Below, piece by piece: positions 39,836-48,437 of a DNA stretch of 64,000 bases. Both the position numbers and the translations under genes were made by a program. The notes below the pieces were generated by a model. It was not told where the DNA came from. It saw nothing but the letters and a program-made list of their open reading frames with translations, and did no database searches. The stretch spans positions 30,981 through 94,980 of IMG/VR virus record IMGVR_UViG_3300023296_000646, one strand, 5' to 3'. How positions within the stretch are numbered: position 1 is the stretch's first letter; every line of letters begins with the position of its first letter. This stretch comes from a virus.

Positions 39836-40440
39836 TATGGTGCACCATATACCCATCCATCTACTCCGTCTCGCATATCCATAGGATTGTTTGGAGTATC
39901 CCAAGTTGGATAGCTCTTATTATACCCATACACTCCAGTCATAGTTGACGGGTAATACGCATGAGTAATTCCTTCATAACGATTAGGAACTCCCATTACT
40001 AATACGTTTCTTGCAATATCGTATGCTTCATTGAAATGAGAATTATTAGAATCTAATGTTAATTTCTTATATCTATTCCATGATTCTCCAGTAACAGCTG
40101 AGAATTGCCGTTTGTCATGAATGACTGACCATACATTAGTTTTTCTTCTATGCTCAGTGTCTACTCTATTTTTAACAATAGAAGCCATCATTATCCAAGG
40201 TTTTCTTCTAGTATCTTCACTTAAAAGAACCCTAGCAATCCAAAGAGATTCGTTATGAATCTTTTCCTTATCTTCATTGGACATGACTGCCCATTTGTAA
40301 TCAAAGGTTTCAATAATTCTAGCATACAATCTCAGTGATGTGGGAAGACCACCATTACTTTTAACCGGAATCGGTATAATCGAAATTCCCAATATGCATA
40401 TAACTAGTATTGATATTAAGTATTTAAATTGCATTGACAT
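39835..40440 (-). CDS. SleB-like cell wall hydrolase with N-terminal signal/anchor
   Basis: IARVLLSE (catalytic Glu)...SIVKNRV...VWSVIHDKRQFS. Confidence 0.8.
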   Translation of the reverse strand: MSMQFKYLISILVICILGISIIPIPVKSNGGLPTSLRLYARIIETFDYKWAVMSNEDKEKIHNESLWIARVLLSEDTRRKPWIMMASIVKNRVDTEHRRKTNVWSVIHDKRQFSAVTGESWNRYKKLTLDSNNSHFNEAYDIARNVLVMGVPNRYEGITHAYYPSTMTGVYGYNKSYPTWDTPNNPMDMRDGVDGWVYGAP

Positions 40441-40733
40441 AATATGTGTTCTCGTATTATTGATAATCTATTTATGTAACTACTAAGAACCAGTTCGTTG
40501 CTTATGCTATTGTTAGTAAAAAAACGTTCGCACATGTTAAGTGCTAACGGCCAATCTTCTTTATGCATCCAAATGGTTTGACCTGTTGGATGGGTTAAAA
40601 TTTTCTTTTTGTCTGTATCAAACAAAACACATATTTCTAATGTGTCCATAATCCGATTGTGGTAAATATAATCAGAAGGGGTGTCTTTTAACAATTCTTG
40701 TATTTCTTTTTCCAATAGACCCAAATCTAACAT
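40416..40733 (-). CDS. Hypothetical protein
   Basis: ORF track. Confidence 0.5.
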   Translation of the reverse strand: MLDLGLLEKEIQELLKDTPSDYIYHNRIMDTLEICVLFDTDKKKILTHPTGQTIWMHKEDWPLALNMCERFFTNNSISNELVLSSYINRLSIIREHILCQCNLNT

Positions 40734-40736
40734 ATA

Positions 40737-41369
40737 TTATTTAACCTCCCATCCTTCACCTAACAGGTGTATTCCATGCTTATATTTCATAAATTCTGCA
40801 TCTCCTGTCTTAACATTCATAAACATAACTTGTTCATTTCTACCGTACTTTTTAACTTTAGAAACAGTACTAGAATACACTCTATCTTTAATTGTAATTC
40901 CATTCAGATGGTCTATCTCATGCTGAATTACTACTGATTGCAGAAACCCAACATCATTCCAGAAGTTTACTGGGTTTGCATCCCAATCTTCTCTACTATC
41001 TGGACCAAAAACCATATCATCTGCTAGATTATCTGCTCTAACCTTTACCCACTCAAACCGCTCAGTTTTGATTAGCTTCTTTTTCGTTTTTGGAATAGAT
41101 AAACATCCCTCATAATACGTAAACCGTTCTTCAGAAGTTTCTACGATCTGAGGGTTAATTAAATAAAGAGGTTCCTCCTTAACATTAATTACGCATACTC
41201 GCTTACTCAATCCTATCTGATTTGCAGATAATCCCAATCCACCTGCTATCGTTAATTCTGAAAATAGCGCTGCTGAAATTACTTCAGCTTCATTTGATTC
41301 AAAATTACTTACCGGTACAGGTATTCTTAATTTGTCTAAGTCTGTTGTTATCATATTATTAAACTCCAA
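40737..41369 (-). CDS. def: Peptide deformylase
   Basis: GLGLSANQIG, EGCLS, QHEIDHLNG. Confidence 0.95.
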   Translation of the reverse strand: MEFNNMITTDLDKLRIPVPVSNFESNEAEVISAALFSELTIAGGLGLSANQIGLSKRVCVINVKEEPLYLINPQIVETSEERFTYYEGCLSIPKTKKKLIKTERFEWVKVRADNLADDMVFGPDSREDWDANPVNFWNDVGFLQSVVIQHEIDHLNGITIKDRVYSSTVSKVKKYGRNEQVMFMNVKTGDAEFMKYKHGIHLLGEGWEVK

Positions 41370-41390
41370 ACAAGTAATACTCTGTTTGGT

Positions 41391-42464
41391 TTAAATTGTT
41401 TCAGGATCTATGTGGTCGAAAAGTGGCCTTGCGTCTATATGAACATGTGGTTTGAATTCCTTAGCCTTTATGATTACCCTTCCACCTGCAGTTGCAACAT
41501 CATAATGTGTTGGCTTTTTATCTTCTATAATTGATTCAGTAGCTACAGCTTCGTTAAAACTATTATCATCTCTAACTGCTCGTTTGAGAATTTCGTCGTC
41601 TTCACTATCATTTTCTTTATTCCAAAACGCTTCACCGTGCTTGTACATATCGCCAAATATCATATTGTCATCTTCTTCAATTGAATCTTCAGGATCTTTC
41701 TTATTTTCTCTATCTACTCTAATTGCGTTGTTGAACGAAATGATTAATAATAGTGCCAGCGGATCAAATACAAATATGAGAAGAAAAATAAACCACTTCA
41801 CAACAGTATCTAATTCTACTCCTAACGCCTCTGCTACAAATTTAAATCCACCAATTTCGCGTTCAGTATCTATATTTACAAGCCTAGTATCAAAGACTAA
41901 TGTACTTAATGAATCTGCATCAACCCTTGCTTGGGTAATCTGATCACTCAACGAATTAATTTCAACATTTGCTTCAGTTATAAGATCTGTAGTTTTTCTA
42001 GCATTTACCCAATGCTCTCCTGCTACTAAACTATCATATCTAACTTCCTGGCGAGTTCTATTTTCAGATAGTGTATTGATCCTATTTTCCCACCTTGGAA
42101 TATCAACTAATGCGCTATTACGTTGGGTTTCAAACAAGGTCACCCTGGACTCTACCTGATTCACACTAATCTGGGTTTGTGTATAAGCATTTGAAAGAAA
42201 TCCAAATATGCCTGCTGAAGTGATTAGCACCAATATAAGAATGATTGATACCATTGCGTTCCTAACAACAACATTCGTTTCTTTCCAATAGTTATGAAGA
42301 TGGGATGTTGCTACTAGTTTACCAAATTCTAAAAGGCCTGCCATAAAGTAAACTGCAATTGCAGCTCCACTGAAAAGAAGTCCAAATCCTGTAACTGAAA
42401 AATATGCAGCACACATAGCTAACGCCACTGCTGAAAATCCAGTTAGAAATGTGATAAATCGCAT
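41391..42464 (-). CDS. Multi-TM membrane protein with coiled coil (type common in T4-like phages)
   Basis: AAYFSVTG...LEFGKLV...LITSAGIFGFLS...IFVFDPLA. Confidence 0.65.
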   Translation of the reverse strand: MRFITFLTGFSAVALAMCAAYFSVTGFGLLFSGAAIAVYFMAGLLEFGKLVATSHLHNYWKETNVVVRNAMVSIILILVLITSAGIFGFLSNAYTQTQISVNQVESRVTLFETQRNSALVDIPRWENRINTLSENRTRQEVRYDSLVAGEHWVNARKTTDLITEANVEINSLSDQITQARVDADSLSTLVFDTRLVNIDTEREIGGFKFVAEALGVELDTVVKWFIFLLIFVFDPLALLLIISFNNAIRVDRENKKDPEDSIEEDDNMIFGDMYKHGEAFWNKENDSEDDEILKRAVRDDNSFNEAVATESIIEDKKPTHYDVATAGGRVIIKAKEFKPHVHIDARPLFDHIDPETI

Positions 42465-42485
42465 TAGAGTCTCAAATTAAGATAT

Positions 42486-42662
42486 TTAATCTTCTAGAGT
42501 TAGTGCTTCTTCAAGTCTCTCAACTTCTTCCTTTAATTCATCTATAGCTCGTGTAGCAGTTTCCTGATTTGCTGGAACTCTACCTAATACCATACGCTCT
42601 AAAATAAGAACTTTGAGTCCTAAGCGGTCTACAGTATTTGTCATTTGTTGTTTGTATCTCAT
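42486..42662 (-). CDS. Small helical hypothetical protein (58 aa)
   Basis: Manual translation MRYKQQMTNTVDRL...EALTLED; SD AAGGA; late motif at 42698. Confidence 0.6.
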   Translation of the reverse strand: MRYKQQMTNTVDRLGLKVLILERMVLGRVPANQETATRAIDELKEEVERLEEALTLED

Positions 42663-42780
42663 AATAACTATTCCTTTCGGGGTTTATGTTTGTTGACTAT
42701 AAATACTCCATATACTAGAAAAGAGGAATATTTCTACTCCTCTTCTAGTATAAAATGTGTTAATTGTGTGCAGTATTATT

Positions 42781-43149
42781 TTATCTTCCGGATGTTTTCC
42801 ATTTGTTGCCATCAAGAACCGTATATGTGTATCTAGTAGCATTTCCGTTATGGCCACCACCTGGATGATGATAATCAAATTCTATTAGAATTACAACAGT
42901 ACCACCACCATAGTCAGGATCACTACCGACCCTAACCTCAAACGTAAGATCTTCAAACATATTTCCAATAAAACCAAGAGTAGATGGATTAATTTTACCA
43001 GAATCTAATAATTGCATTTTATCTTGCAAATCTGATTGTTTTGCTTTCTTTTTAACACCTAGCTCCTTGAGCTTAGCGTTTATAAGTTTTAAGAAATCTG
43101 GTTTCTTATCTGCTTCGGTCAGCAATTCTGTTAATTTAACGTGGGCCAT
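42781..43149 (-). CDS. Probable internal head protein (propeptide MAHVKLTELLTE)
   Basis: Capsid-targeting-like N-terminus ending LTE; late-type motif upstream. Confidence 0.55.
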   Translation of the reverse strand: MAHVKLTELLTEADKKPDFLKLINAKLKELGVKKKAKQSDLQDKMQLLDSGKINPSTLGFIGNMFEDLTFEVRVGSDPDYGGGTVVILIEFDYHHPGGGHNGNATRYTYTVLDGNKWKTSGR

Positions 43150-43185
43150 TTCAATTCTCTGTTAGTATACTCTTAAATATAATGT

Positions 43186-43848
43186 CTATACTGTAAATTC
43201 ACTTTCTCTTTCTATTGTTGCAGCCATATGATCTGCCCAATGAAGAATATATGGAATTGTTCTTCTCAATTGCTGATCTTCACCAAACTTACATAGATAT
43301 AATGAATTGCCTTCTTCATACATTCCATCCGTAAGTCTAATGCCAATCATCTCATTTTCAGTAAGAGTAATTCCATACTTTTGAAGAGTAAAGAATGCCC
43401 TATCAGTAACAGGCATAAACTCTAGTTCTGGATTGTGCTTGAAATATTCATTGCGGTTTTCAATATGCCACTTTGAATCGTTAATCATATAGTACATTTC
43501 ATCAGGAGTACCAAGCTTTCCTAGATCATGGTGAAATGCTGCCATTGCCAATTCTTCTGAAGTGAAATTAATTGTTCCACCTAAAGACTTATATACCTTC
43601 GCCAACTTTCTAGAAAACTTTACCACATTTAAAATGTGATCTATATAACCACCCTGATATGCGGCATGAAAGTGTGGTCTCCCTGATGCTGGACTAAGAA
43701 CTAATGATCCACCTAATTCATCTTCTGAATACATATGTTCTAATAGTTCATATCGTTCAGGACTTACCAGTTTTTTGAGAACTGACATAAACTCATTGTA
43801 TCTATCTTCTAACTCGTCGTTAGAGTACCTTACGTAAGGTGGCTTCAT
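43186..43848 (-). CDS. HD-domain phosphohydrolase
   Basis: PAS...FHAAYQGGYIDH...AFHHDLGKLG...LHWAD. Confidence 0.9.
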   Translation of the reverse strand: MKPPYVRYSNDELEDRYNEFMSVLKKLVSPERYELLEHMYSEDELGGSLVLSPASGRPHFHAAYQGGYIDHILNVVKFSRKLAKVYKSLGGTINFTSEELAMAAFHHDLGKLGTPDEMYYMINDSKWHIENRNEYFKHNPELEFMPVTDRAFFTLQKYGITLTENEMIGIRLTDGMYEEGNSLYLCKFGEDQQLRRTIPYILHWADHMAATIERESEFTV

Positions 43849-43851
43849 ATT

Positions 43852-44088
43852 CTAATCCCATTCATATCGCAACATTTGCATGTCGTCGAAATTTGTAACT
43901 TTACTCTTCTTCAGCAGCCTTACAACTTCATCTCTGTTATCTCGCACGTACTTGTGCATATTAACGTTTTTGTGTAAAACTACTTCCATTTTAGTTGGAA
44001 CCATCATAGTGATCGTAAATGTTACGGCTTCTGATGGATCTACGTTAGTATGTTTAGATCTGTTTTTGGATCCCTTAGGACGTCCCAT
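43852..44088 (-). CDS. Small protein with N-terminal AT-hook
   Basis: MGRPKGSKNRSK. Confidence 0.6.
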   Translation of the reverse strand: MGRPKGSKNRSKHTNVDPSEAVTFTITMMVPTKMEVVLHKNVNMHKYVRDNRDEVVRLLKKSKVTNFDDMQMLRYEWD

Positions 44089-44230
44089 TTTCTCTGTGTA
44101 TTTTTGAGTTCGTAGAGTATTTTAAACCCCAATAGCAAAACTAAACCTATCATAGATAAAAATTCTGTACCCATCATAATGTATGCGTTATTAGTGTTAA
44201 CATACCTAATATAATCAAAAATGCCATAAC

Positions 44231-44416
44231 TTAAAACCCGTCGTCGCCATAGATGTCAAGTATCAGTGAGTCAAATTCTAGTCTATTTTGATGATCGTCT
44301 TCATACATATCTTCCATGAAGTCGTCTTTATACTTGCCCTTTTTATGAGGAACTGTTTTACGGTTCTTTGTTTTGACGTTTGAGAAATCATTCTCAGTCT
44401 TACGAGTTTTTCCCAT
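44231..44416 (-). CDS. Hypothetical protein (basic N-terminus, acidic C-terminus)
   Basis: ORF track; coupled to the thioredoxin stop. Confidence 0.5.
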   Translation of the reverse strand: MGKTRKTENDFSNVKTKNRKTVPHKKGKYKDDFMEDMYEDDHQNRLEFDSLILDIYGDDGF

Positions 44417-44715
44417 TATGATAACATGTTTTCCAATAGTGGATAAGGAACTATTCCGTTTTTTGCAGTAGTATTGCCACCATTAATAATAACGGTAGCA
44501 GGTACCGATCGAATATTAAAATGTTCTTTTAATTCTGGTGATTCATCAACATCTGCCCGAATAACTGTCACGTCACTTATTGTTTCGTTTATTCGTTCAT
44601 ATACTCGCTTATATATTTTGCATGGTCCACACCAAGTGGCATGAAATACTAACATAACCTTTCCTACTGCCGATACACTTTTCAATTCGCTAAGTGTGGT
44701 AATATCTCTAATCAT
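44416..44715 (-). CDS. trxA: Thioredoxin
   Basis: FHATWCGPCK...IRSVPAT. Confidence 0.92.
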   Translation of the reverse strand: MIRDITTLSELKSVSAVGKVMLVFHATWCGPCKIYKRVYERINETISDVTVIRADVDESPELKEHFNIRSVPATVIINGGNTTAKNGIVPYPLLENMLS

Positions 44716-44993
44716 TTTTTTACATGTTGAATTATTGCGTCTCTAATGACACAACATATGTCGTAATCTTCTTGTTTGACAAAATATTCTAAACAATGTT
44801 CCAATATTTCTGAGAATTCTGAATGATCTATCAAACAAACGTATGGCTCATGTTTCATATCAAATAGCATACATTCAGATAAATTTTGATCTATTGCAGA
44901 AAAAATCTTTGCTGAAATAATATCGTATAGCTGGTACTTAGGCGCAGTTTCAGAAGTGAAAAGTTTATGCCAATCTGAATATTCTAATTCCAT
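44712..44993 (-). CDS. Hypothetical protein with UVR-like C-terminal motif
   Basis: FVKQEDYDICCVIRD. Confidence 0.55.
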   Translation of the reverse strand: MELEYSDWHKLFTSETAPKYQLYDIISAKIFSAIDQNLSECMLFDMKHEPYVCLIDHSEFSEILEHCLEYFVKQEDYDICCVIRDAIIQHVKK

Positions 44994-45002
44994 AGTAGTA
45001 AC

Positions 45003-45221
45003 TTAATTTGTAAAGCACATCCAAACTCCAATTCCCTTAGCGTATACTTGCACATGGTCGCTTCCTGGTGGTTTAGATTCATAGATATCGTCATCATATA
45101 CAATTGCACCTAGGTCCATTATATCATCCATAAACAAATCTTCAACAAAAAAGCTTCTATTAGTGTAAAGCCACTCAATAAACTCTTCCTTACTCATATT
45201 ATTAAAGTCTTCAGGATTCAT
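45003..45221 (-). CDS. Hypothetical acidic protein
   Basis: ORF track. Confidence 0.5.
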   Translation of the reverse strand: MNPEDFNNMSKEEFIEWLYTNRSFFVEDLFMDDIMDLGAIVYDDDIYESKPPGSDHVQVYAKGIGVWMCFTN

Positions 45222-45259
45222 AATAGTTACTCCGTTTATACAAATAAGTATAATGAACC

Positions 45260-45733
45260 TTAACTATACAGATACCAATCGTCTAGATACCATCCAATAT
45301 TTAATAAGTTTTGGTTAAGATTTTTTACAGAATTTTCGTTTACCCAAGTGTATATTCGCTTAATGGAATTATCCTTAAAAATTTCAGATATAACTAAACT
45401 TAAAAAAATGTGATAAGTTGAGTTTGAAATATTTCCATATTCTGAAAATTTGTGTAGAGCTAGTGTATTTTTAAGTGTGTGCGGCACTCCACATGGGTGA
45501 ACAAAATCACTACTCCATACACTACACTCAGTATCATTATCAAGTTTTAATCTATATCCAGTTTCACAATTTAACGCCCTCCAATTGATATCCTCTCTTG
45601 ACATAGAATGGCTTCCAATTGATGTATCAAAGGATTTCATATTAACAATTTCTAAATTTGGAAGTGGTGATCCCCAATTTTCAGAAGTTACTAAATGATT
45701 TATAGATTTGCGACGTATGGTTAATGTAACCAT
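45260..45733 (-). CDS. Hypothetical protein
   Basis: ORF track. Confidence 0.5.
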   Translation of the reverse strand: MVTLTIRRKSINHLVTSENWGSPLPNLEIVNMKSFDTSIGSHSMSREDINWRALNCETGYRLKLDNDTECSVWSSDFVHPCGVPHTLKNTLALHKFSEYGNISNSTYHIFLSLVISEIFKDNSIKRIYTWVNENSVKNLNQNLLNIGWYLDDWYLYS

Positions 45734-45740
45734 TTATTTT

Positions 45741-46193
45741 CTATTCTCCAGTAGATCCGAACCCTTTGTCTCCCCTAGAAGTTTCATTAGTAAACTCTTC
45801 CACTTCAGTTATTCCAAGACTATGTTCAAATACTGGTATGATTACCATCTGTGCTACCTTATCTCCTCTGTAGAACGTTTTGACCTTACCACTAACGTTA
45901 TGCATAAGAATTTTAATTTCACCGCGGTATTCGTTATCAATCACACCTGCGTGTACGAATATACCTTGCTTAGAACTAATCGACGATCTATCCTTAATGA
46001 ATGCACCAAATCCATCTGGAAATCGTACTGCAACTCCAGTTGAAATTAGTTTATATTCGCCTGGGAATAGAGTCTCCTGTTCTCCACAAAATAAATCCCA
46101 CCCTAAGTCACCTAGATGTGCTTTTTCTGGAATAACTGCGTGATCTAATAGTTTGACAACCTCAAACGCGTTTGGGTTTCTAATGTACATCAT
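45741..46193 (-). CDS. dut: Trimeric dUTPase
   Basis: GWDL, RSS, AGVIDNEYRGEI, GDKVAQ, RGDKGFGSTG. Confidence 0.95.
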   Translation of the reverse strand: MMYIRNPNAFEVVKLLDHAVIPEKAHLGDLGWDLFCGEQETLFPGEYKLISTGVAVRFPDGFGAFIKDRSSISSKQGIFVHAGVIDNEYRGEIKILMHNVSGKVKTFYRGDKVAQMVIIPVFEHSLGITEVEEFTNETSRGDKGFGSTGE

Positions 46194-46530
46194 TGTCTAT
46201 CTTGTTAAATTTAATTACTGTTGCAATCCCAAACCATTTGGGATCATCAAATTTTAAGTATTCAAATAACTCTTCAGTAGATTTGAATCCACAGTTATAA
46301 ATTTCAGTTTGAGTTATGCCGAAAAAATTGGAAAATTTAATTCCAGTTAATTCGACTGCTTGCGTGTCTCTAGACGACGCATTGCATAGCACCAACCCAT
46401 CCAATGTATTGCACTCATATTTTCCAACCCGTATTATATTGATCTTTCGATTCGATTTAATTAATTTAAATTCCCAAGGTAATACTGTTAAATATCTAAG
46501 TGCCATACTAATATATAGTTTTTTGATCAT
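46180..46530 (-). CDS. Hypothetical protein, weakly ASCH/PUA-like
   Basis: IT..E....GFKSTEELFEYLK resembles the ASCH C-terminal helix. Confidence 0.4.
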   Translation of the reverse strand: MIKKLYISMALRYLTVLPWEFKLIKSNRKINIIRVGKYECNTLDGLVLCNASSRDTQAVELTGIKFSNFFGITQTEIYNCGFKSTEELFEYLKFDDPKWFGIATVIKFNKIDNDVH

Positions 46531-46535
46531 ACAAA

Positions 46536-46559
46536 GGCAGGGAACTATAGTTCCCTGCC
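46536..46559 (-). terminator. Perfect hairpin, probable terminator after the 320-aa gene
   Basis: GGCAGGGAAC-TATA-GTTCCCTGCC followed by TTTGT on the minus strand. Confidence 0.75.
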
Positions 46560-46579
46560 AATATATGAATCACGTGTAT

Positions 46580-47542
46580 TTAAATCTGTCCACCACAAGT
46601 TGCACAAAACTTCCAGTTTCGCTTTGCTCGTGTTCCGCAGTTAGTACAATATGATCTAACATCCGAATTGCTGTACGACTCTCGTGTTGATTCAGGTTTA
46701 ATGTTTAAATTGATTTCATACGAATGTAAAAGATCAAAATGAACATCAACTGAATCTAAACGTTGATCGCTAGATTCTCCTTTTGCAATTCTGCCAGTTT
46801 CAACCTTATTGAGATCTCGTACTGGCATATAATAATCTTCATTTAGATCAAATGAATCCGTTGTTGTAGTTGTCATTACTACGTTATCTGCATTGTATGC
46901 ATCTGTAGTTGTGAAATTAACTGCGTCTCCAGATGTTGAATCTATTGTAAGAGAACCGTGTGCCGTCGACCCAGCGTCAGTAATGTTAGAATTATCTAAC
47001 AATAGCGAAGTACCTGTGCTAGACACATTAAGAGTTGAACTAGGAGTTGATGTTCCTATTCCAACTGTTGCGTTACTATACATAATACTAGCAGATCCTG
47101 AAACATTCATTGATCCGGTAATTCCAGGGGCACTAATATTAAGCGGAAATGTTCCTGTGCTAGAAAACGACCAGTCAACTGGATCTATTTGTTGATTTAT
47201 TGTTACTTGTTTTTCTTTGTAGAATTTAACAAATACGTTTCCGTTATTCTTAATTGCCTCTTGAACTTGTTCATCATCACCATCTACTTCATATGTTTCA
47301 AATAAAAACTTTACTTGATCATCGATGTAGCGATCTAAGAAAACTCGTTCTCCAGGTTTAAGTACCAACTTAGATGTCGATATTGGAGATCCATTTAATT
47401 CAAGTATAACACCGAATGTGTCTTGTTCTCCGTTGAACAACTCTACTTGAAAGTTTGATTCATCTTTTAGATAAACCGTATTGCCATGGTATTCCTTTAG
47501 TCTACCTTTATTTAGGGCAATATGAGCTTCTAATTTACTCAT
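46580..47542 (-). CDS. Protein with beta-sandwich-like N-domain, S/T-rich linker and C-terminal zinc ribbon
   Basis: FQVELFN...LVLKPGERVFLDRYID...VETGRIAKGESSDQ...YCTNCG...FCATCG. Confidence 0.7.
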   Translation of the reverse strand: MSKLEAHIALNKGRLKEYHGNTVYLKDESNFQVELFNGEQDTFGVILELNGSPISTSKLVLKPGERVFLDRYIDDQVKFLFETYEVDGDDEQVQEAIKNNGNVFVKFYKEKQVTINQQIDPVDWSFSSTGTFPLNISAPGITGSMNVSGSASIMYSNATVGIGTSTPSSTLNVSSTGTSLLLDNSNITDAGSTAHGSLTIDSTSGDAVNFTTTDAYNADNVVMTTTTTDSFDLNEDYYMPVRDLNKVETGRIAKGESSDQRLDSVDVHFDLLHSYEINLNIKPESTRESYSNSDVRSYCTNCGTRAKRNWKFCATCGGQI

Positions 47543-47566
47543 TGTTTTTCCTCATTTTATGTTTTT

Positions 47567-47640
47567 GTCCACACATCGTTTTATGACCTTAAATCATTCT
47601 AAAGCTCAGAAATTCTGAACTCACGACCAATGAACGCGAG
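47567..47640 (-). ncRNA. Candidate structured cis-regulatory leader RNA, copy 1 (three-way junction)
   Basis: CTCGC-[GTTCATTGGTCGT]-GA-[GTTCAGA att TCTGAGC]-TTTAGA-[ATGATT taa GGTCAT]-AAA-[ACGATGTGTGGAC]; lies between promoter motif 47646 and SD/ATG 47542. Confidence 0.7.
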
Positions 47641-47655
47641 ATGTATATAAGTATA

Positions 47656-47928
47656 TTAGACGTTTACCTTTTCGATGTTTGCTTCATATAATTCTTGACG
47701 TTTTGCCCATTCCTTTCTACGTTCAATCACCTTAGGTGAAATCGTATAGTAGTAATGGTAACATCTGTTGATCCAATCTATATGGTGTTGTTTTGCTGTA
47801 CCAGTTAGCAATTGAGTTTCAATCTGAGAGATATGGTGCAATTTGTATCGTGTGATTTTAACATTACCCCAAACTTCATCACCACCATTTCTATACCACG
47901 CTCTTACTGCATCTATTTTATTTTTCAT
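47656..47928 (-). CDS. Hypothetical protein (90 aa), translationally coupled to the Pth2 stop
   Basis: ORF track; ATGA overlap at 47925-47928. Confidence 0.6.
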   Translation of the reverse strand: MKNKIDAVRAWYRNGGDEVWGNVKITRYKLHHISQIETQLLTGTAKQHHIDWINRCYHYYYTISPKVIERRKEWAKRQELYEANIEKVNV

Positions 47929-48281
47929 TTTGTGTACCTGTCATTTTGATTACCGTTTTTTAATGTGAGAGGAAGGTTCGATGTGTATTTATCGATACCT
48001 TCCCCAATTGCTGCTACAGAACATAATTCACCATCTAAATCTGGCTCATAAAATCCAGTGACTGATATGTCATCGTCTTCACATAACTGTCTTAGTAGTT
48101 TATCTAACCTTATTTCATTTCGTGCGCTTAAACATACTATCGTATTGTTCTTCCACGTATTAAATAAAAATGGATATCGAATAGCGAACTCTGCAACTCC
48201 GTGTGCAGTTTGTGCTACCTGATATCCATCTGGCAAATCTCTTCTAGTAATTACGTAAAATCTTTCTTGTGTCTATGTCAT
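47925..48281 (-). CDS. Peptidyl-tRNA hydrolase, Pth2/PTRHD1-like, with in-frame TAG at codon 3
   Basis: SD AGGA, then ATG ACA TAG ACA CAA GAA AGA TTT TAC GTA ATT ACT AGA AGA GAT TTG = MT*TQERFYVITRRDLPDGYQVAQTAH...IVCL...FYEPDLDGELCSVA...SNLPL. The family's first strand (YVITRRDL) lies upstream of the track's TTG start at 48236. Confidence 0.85.
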
Positions 48282-48298
48282 TGTATTATTCCTATTGC

Positions 48299-48433
48299 TT
48301 ATAAAATTAGAACTATAAATATTATAGTACCTATTGCTATGCATGAATTGTAAATCCATTTTCTAAGATTTCCAGTTTCTAGATCTAAAAAGATCCAGTA
48401 TCCTAGCTATCCTAATTCTTCTTTACTTTTCAT
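48299..48433 (-). CDS. Possible 44-aa membrane peptide with in-frame TAG at codon 9
   Basis: MKSKEELG*LGYWIFLDLETGNLRKWIYNSCIAIGTIIFIVLIL; ATG is 5 nt after the tRNA 3' end. Confidence 0.4.
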
Positions 48434-48437
48434 ATCG

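Noticed and set aside
42684-42878. Track ORF on the minus strand overlapping 42781-43149
   Set aside because: It overlaps a better gene and spans a promoter-containing intergenic region
47567-47640. Leader RNA as a hammerhead ribozyme
   Set aside because: The topology is similar, but the core is UUUAGA/AAA/GA rather than CUGANGA/GAAA/UH, so key catalytic guanosines are missing
47925-48236. ORF-track TTG start for the Pth2 gene
   Set aside because: It has no SD and would delete the N-terminal YVITRRD strand; an SD-preceded in-frame ATG exists 15 codons upstream
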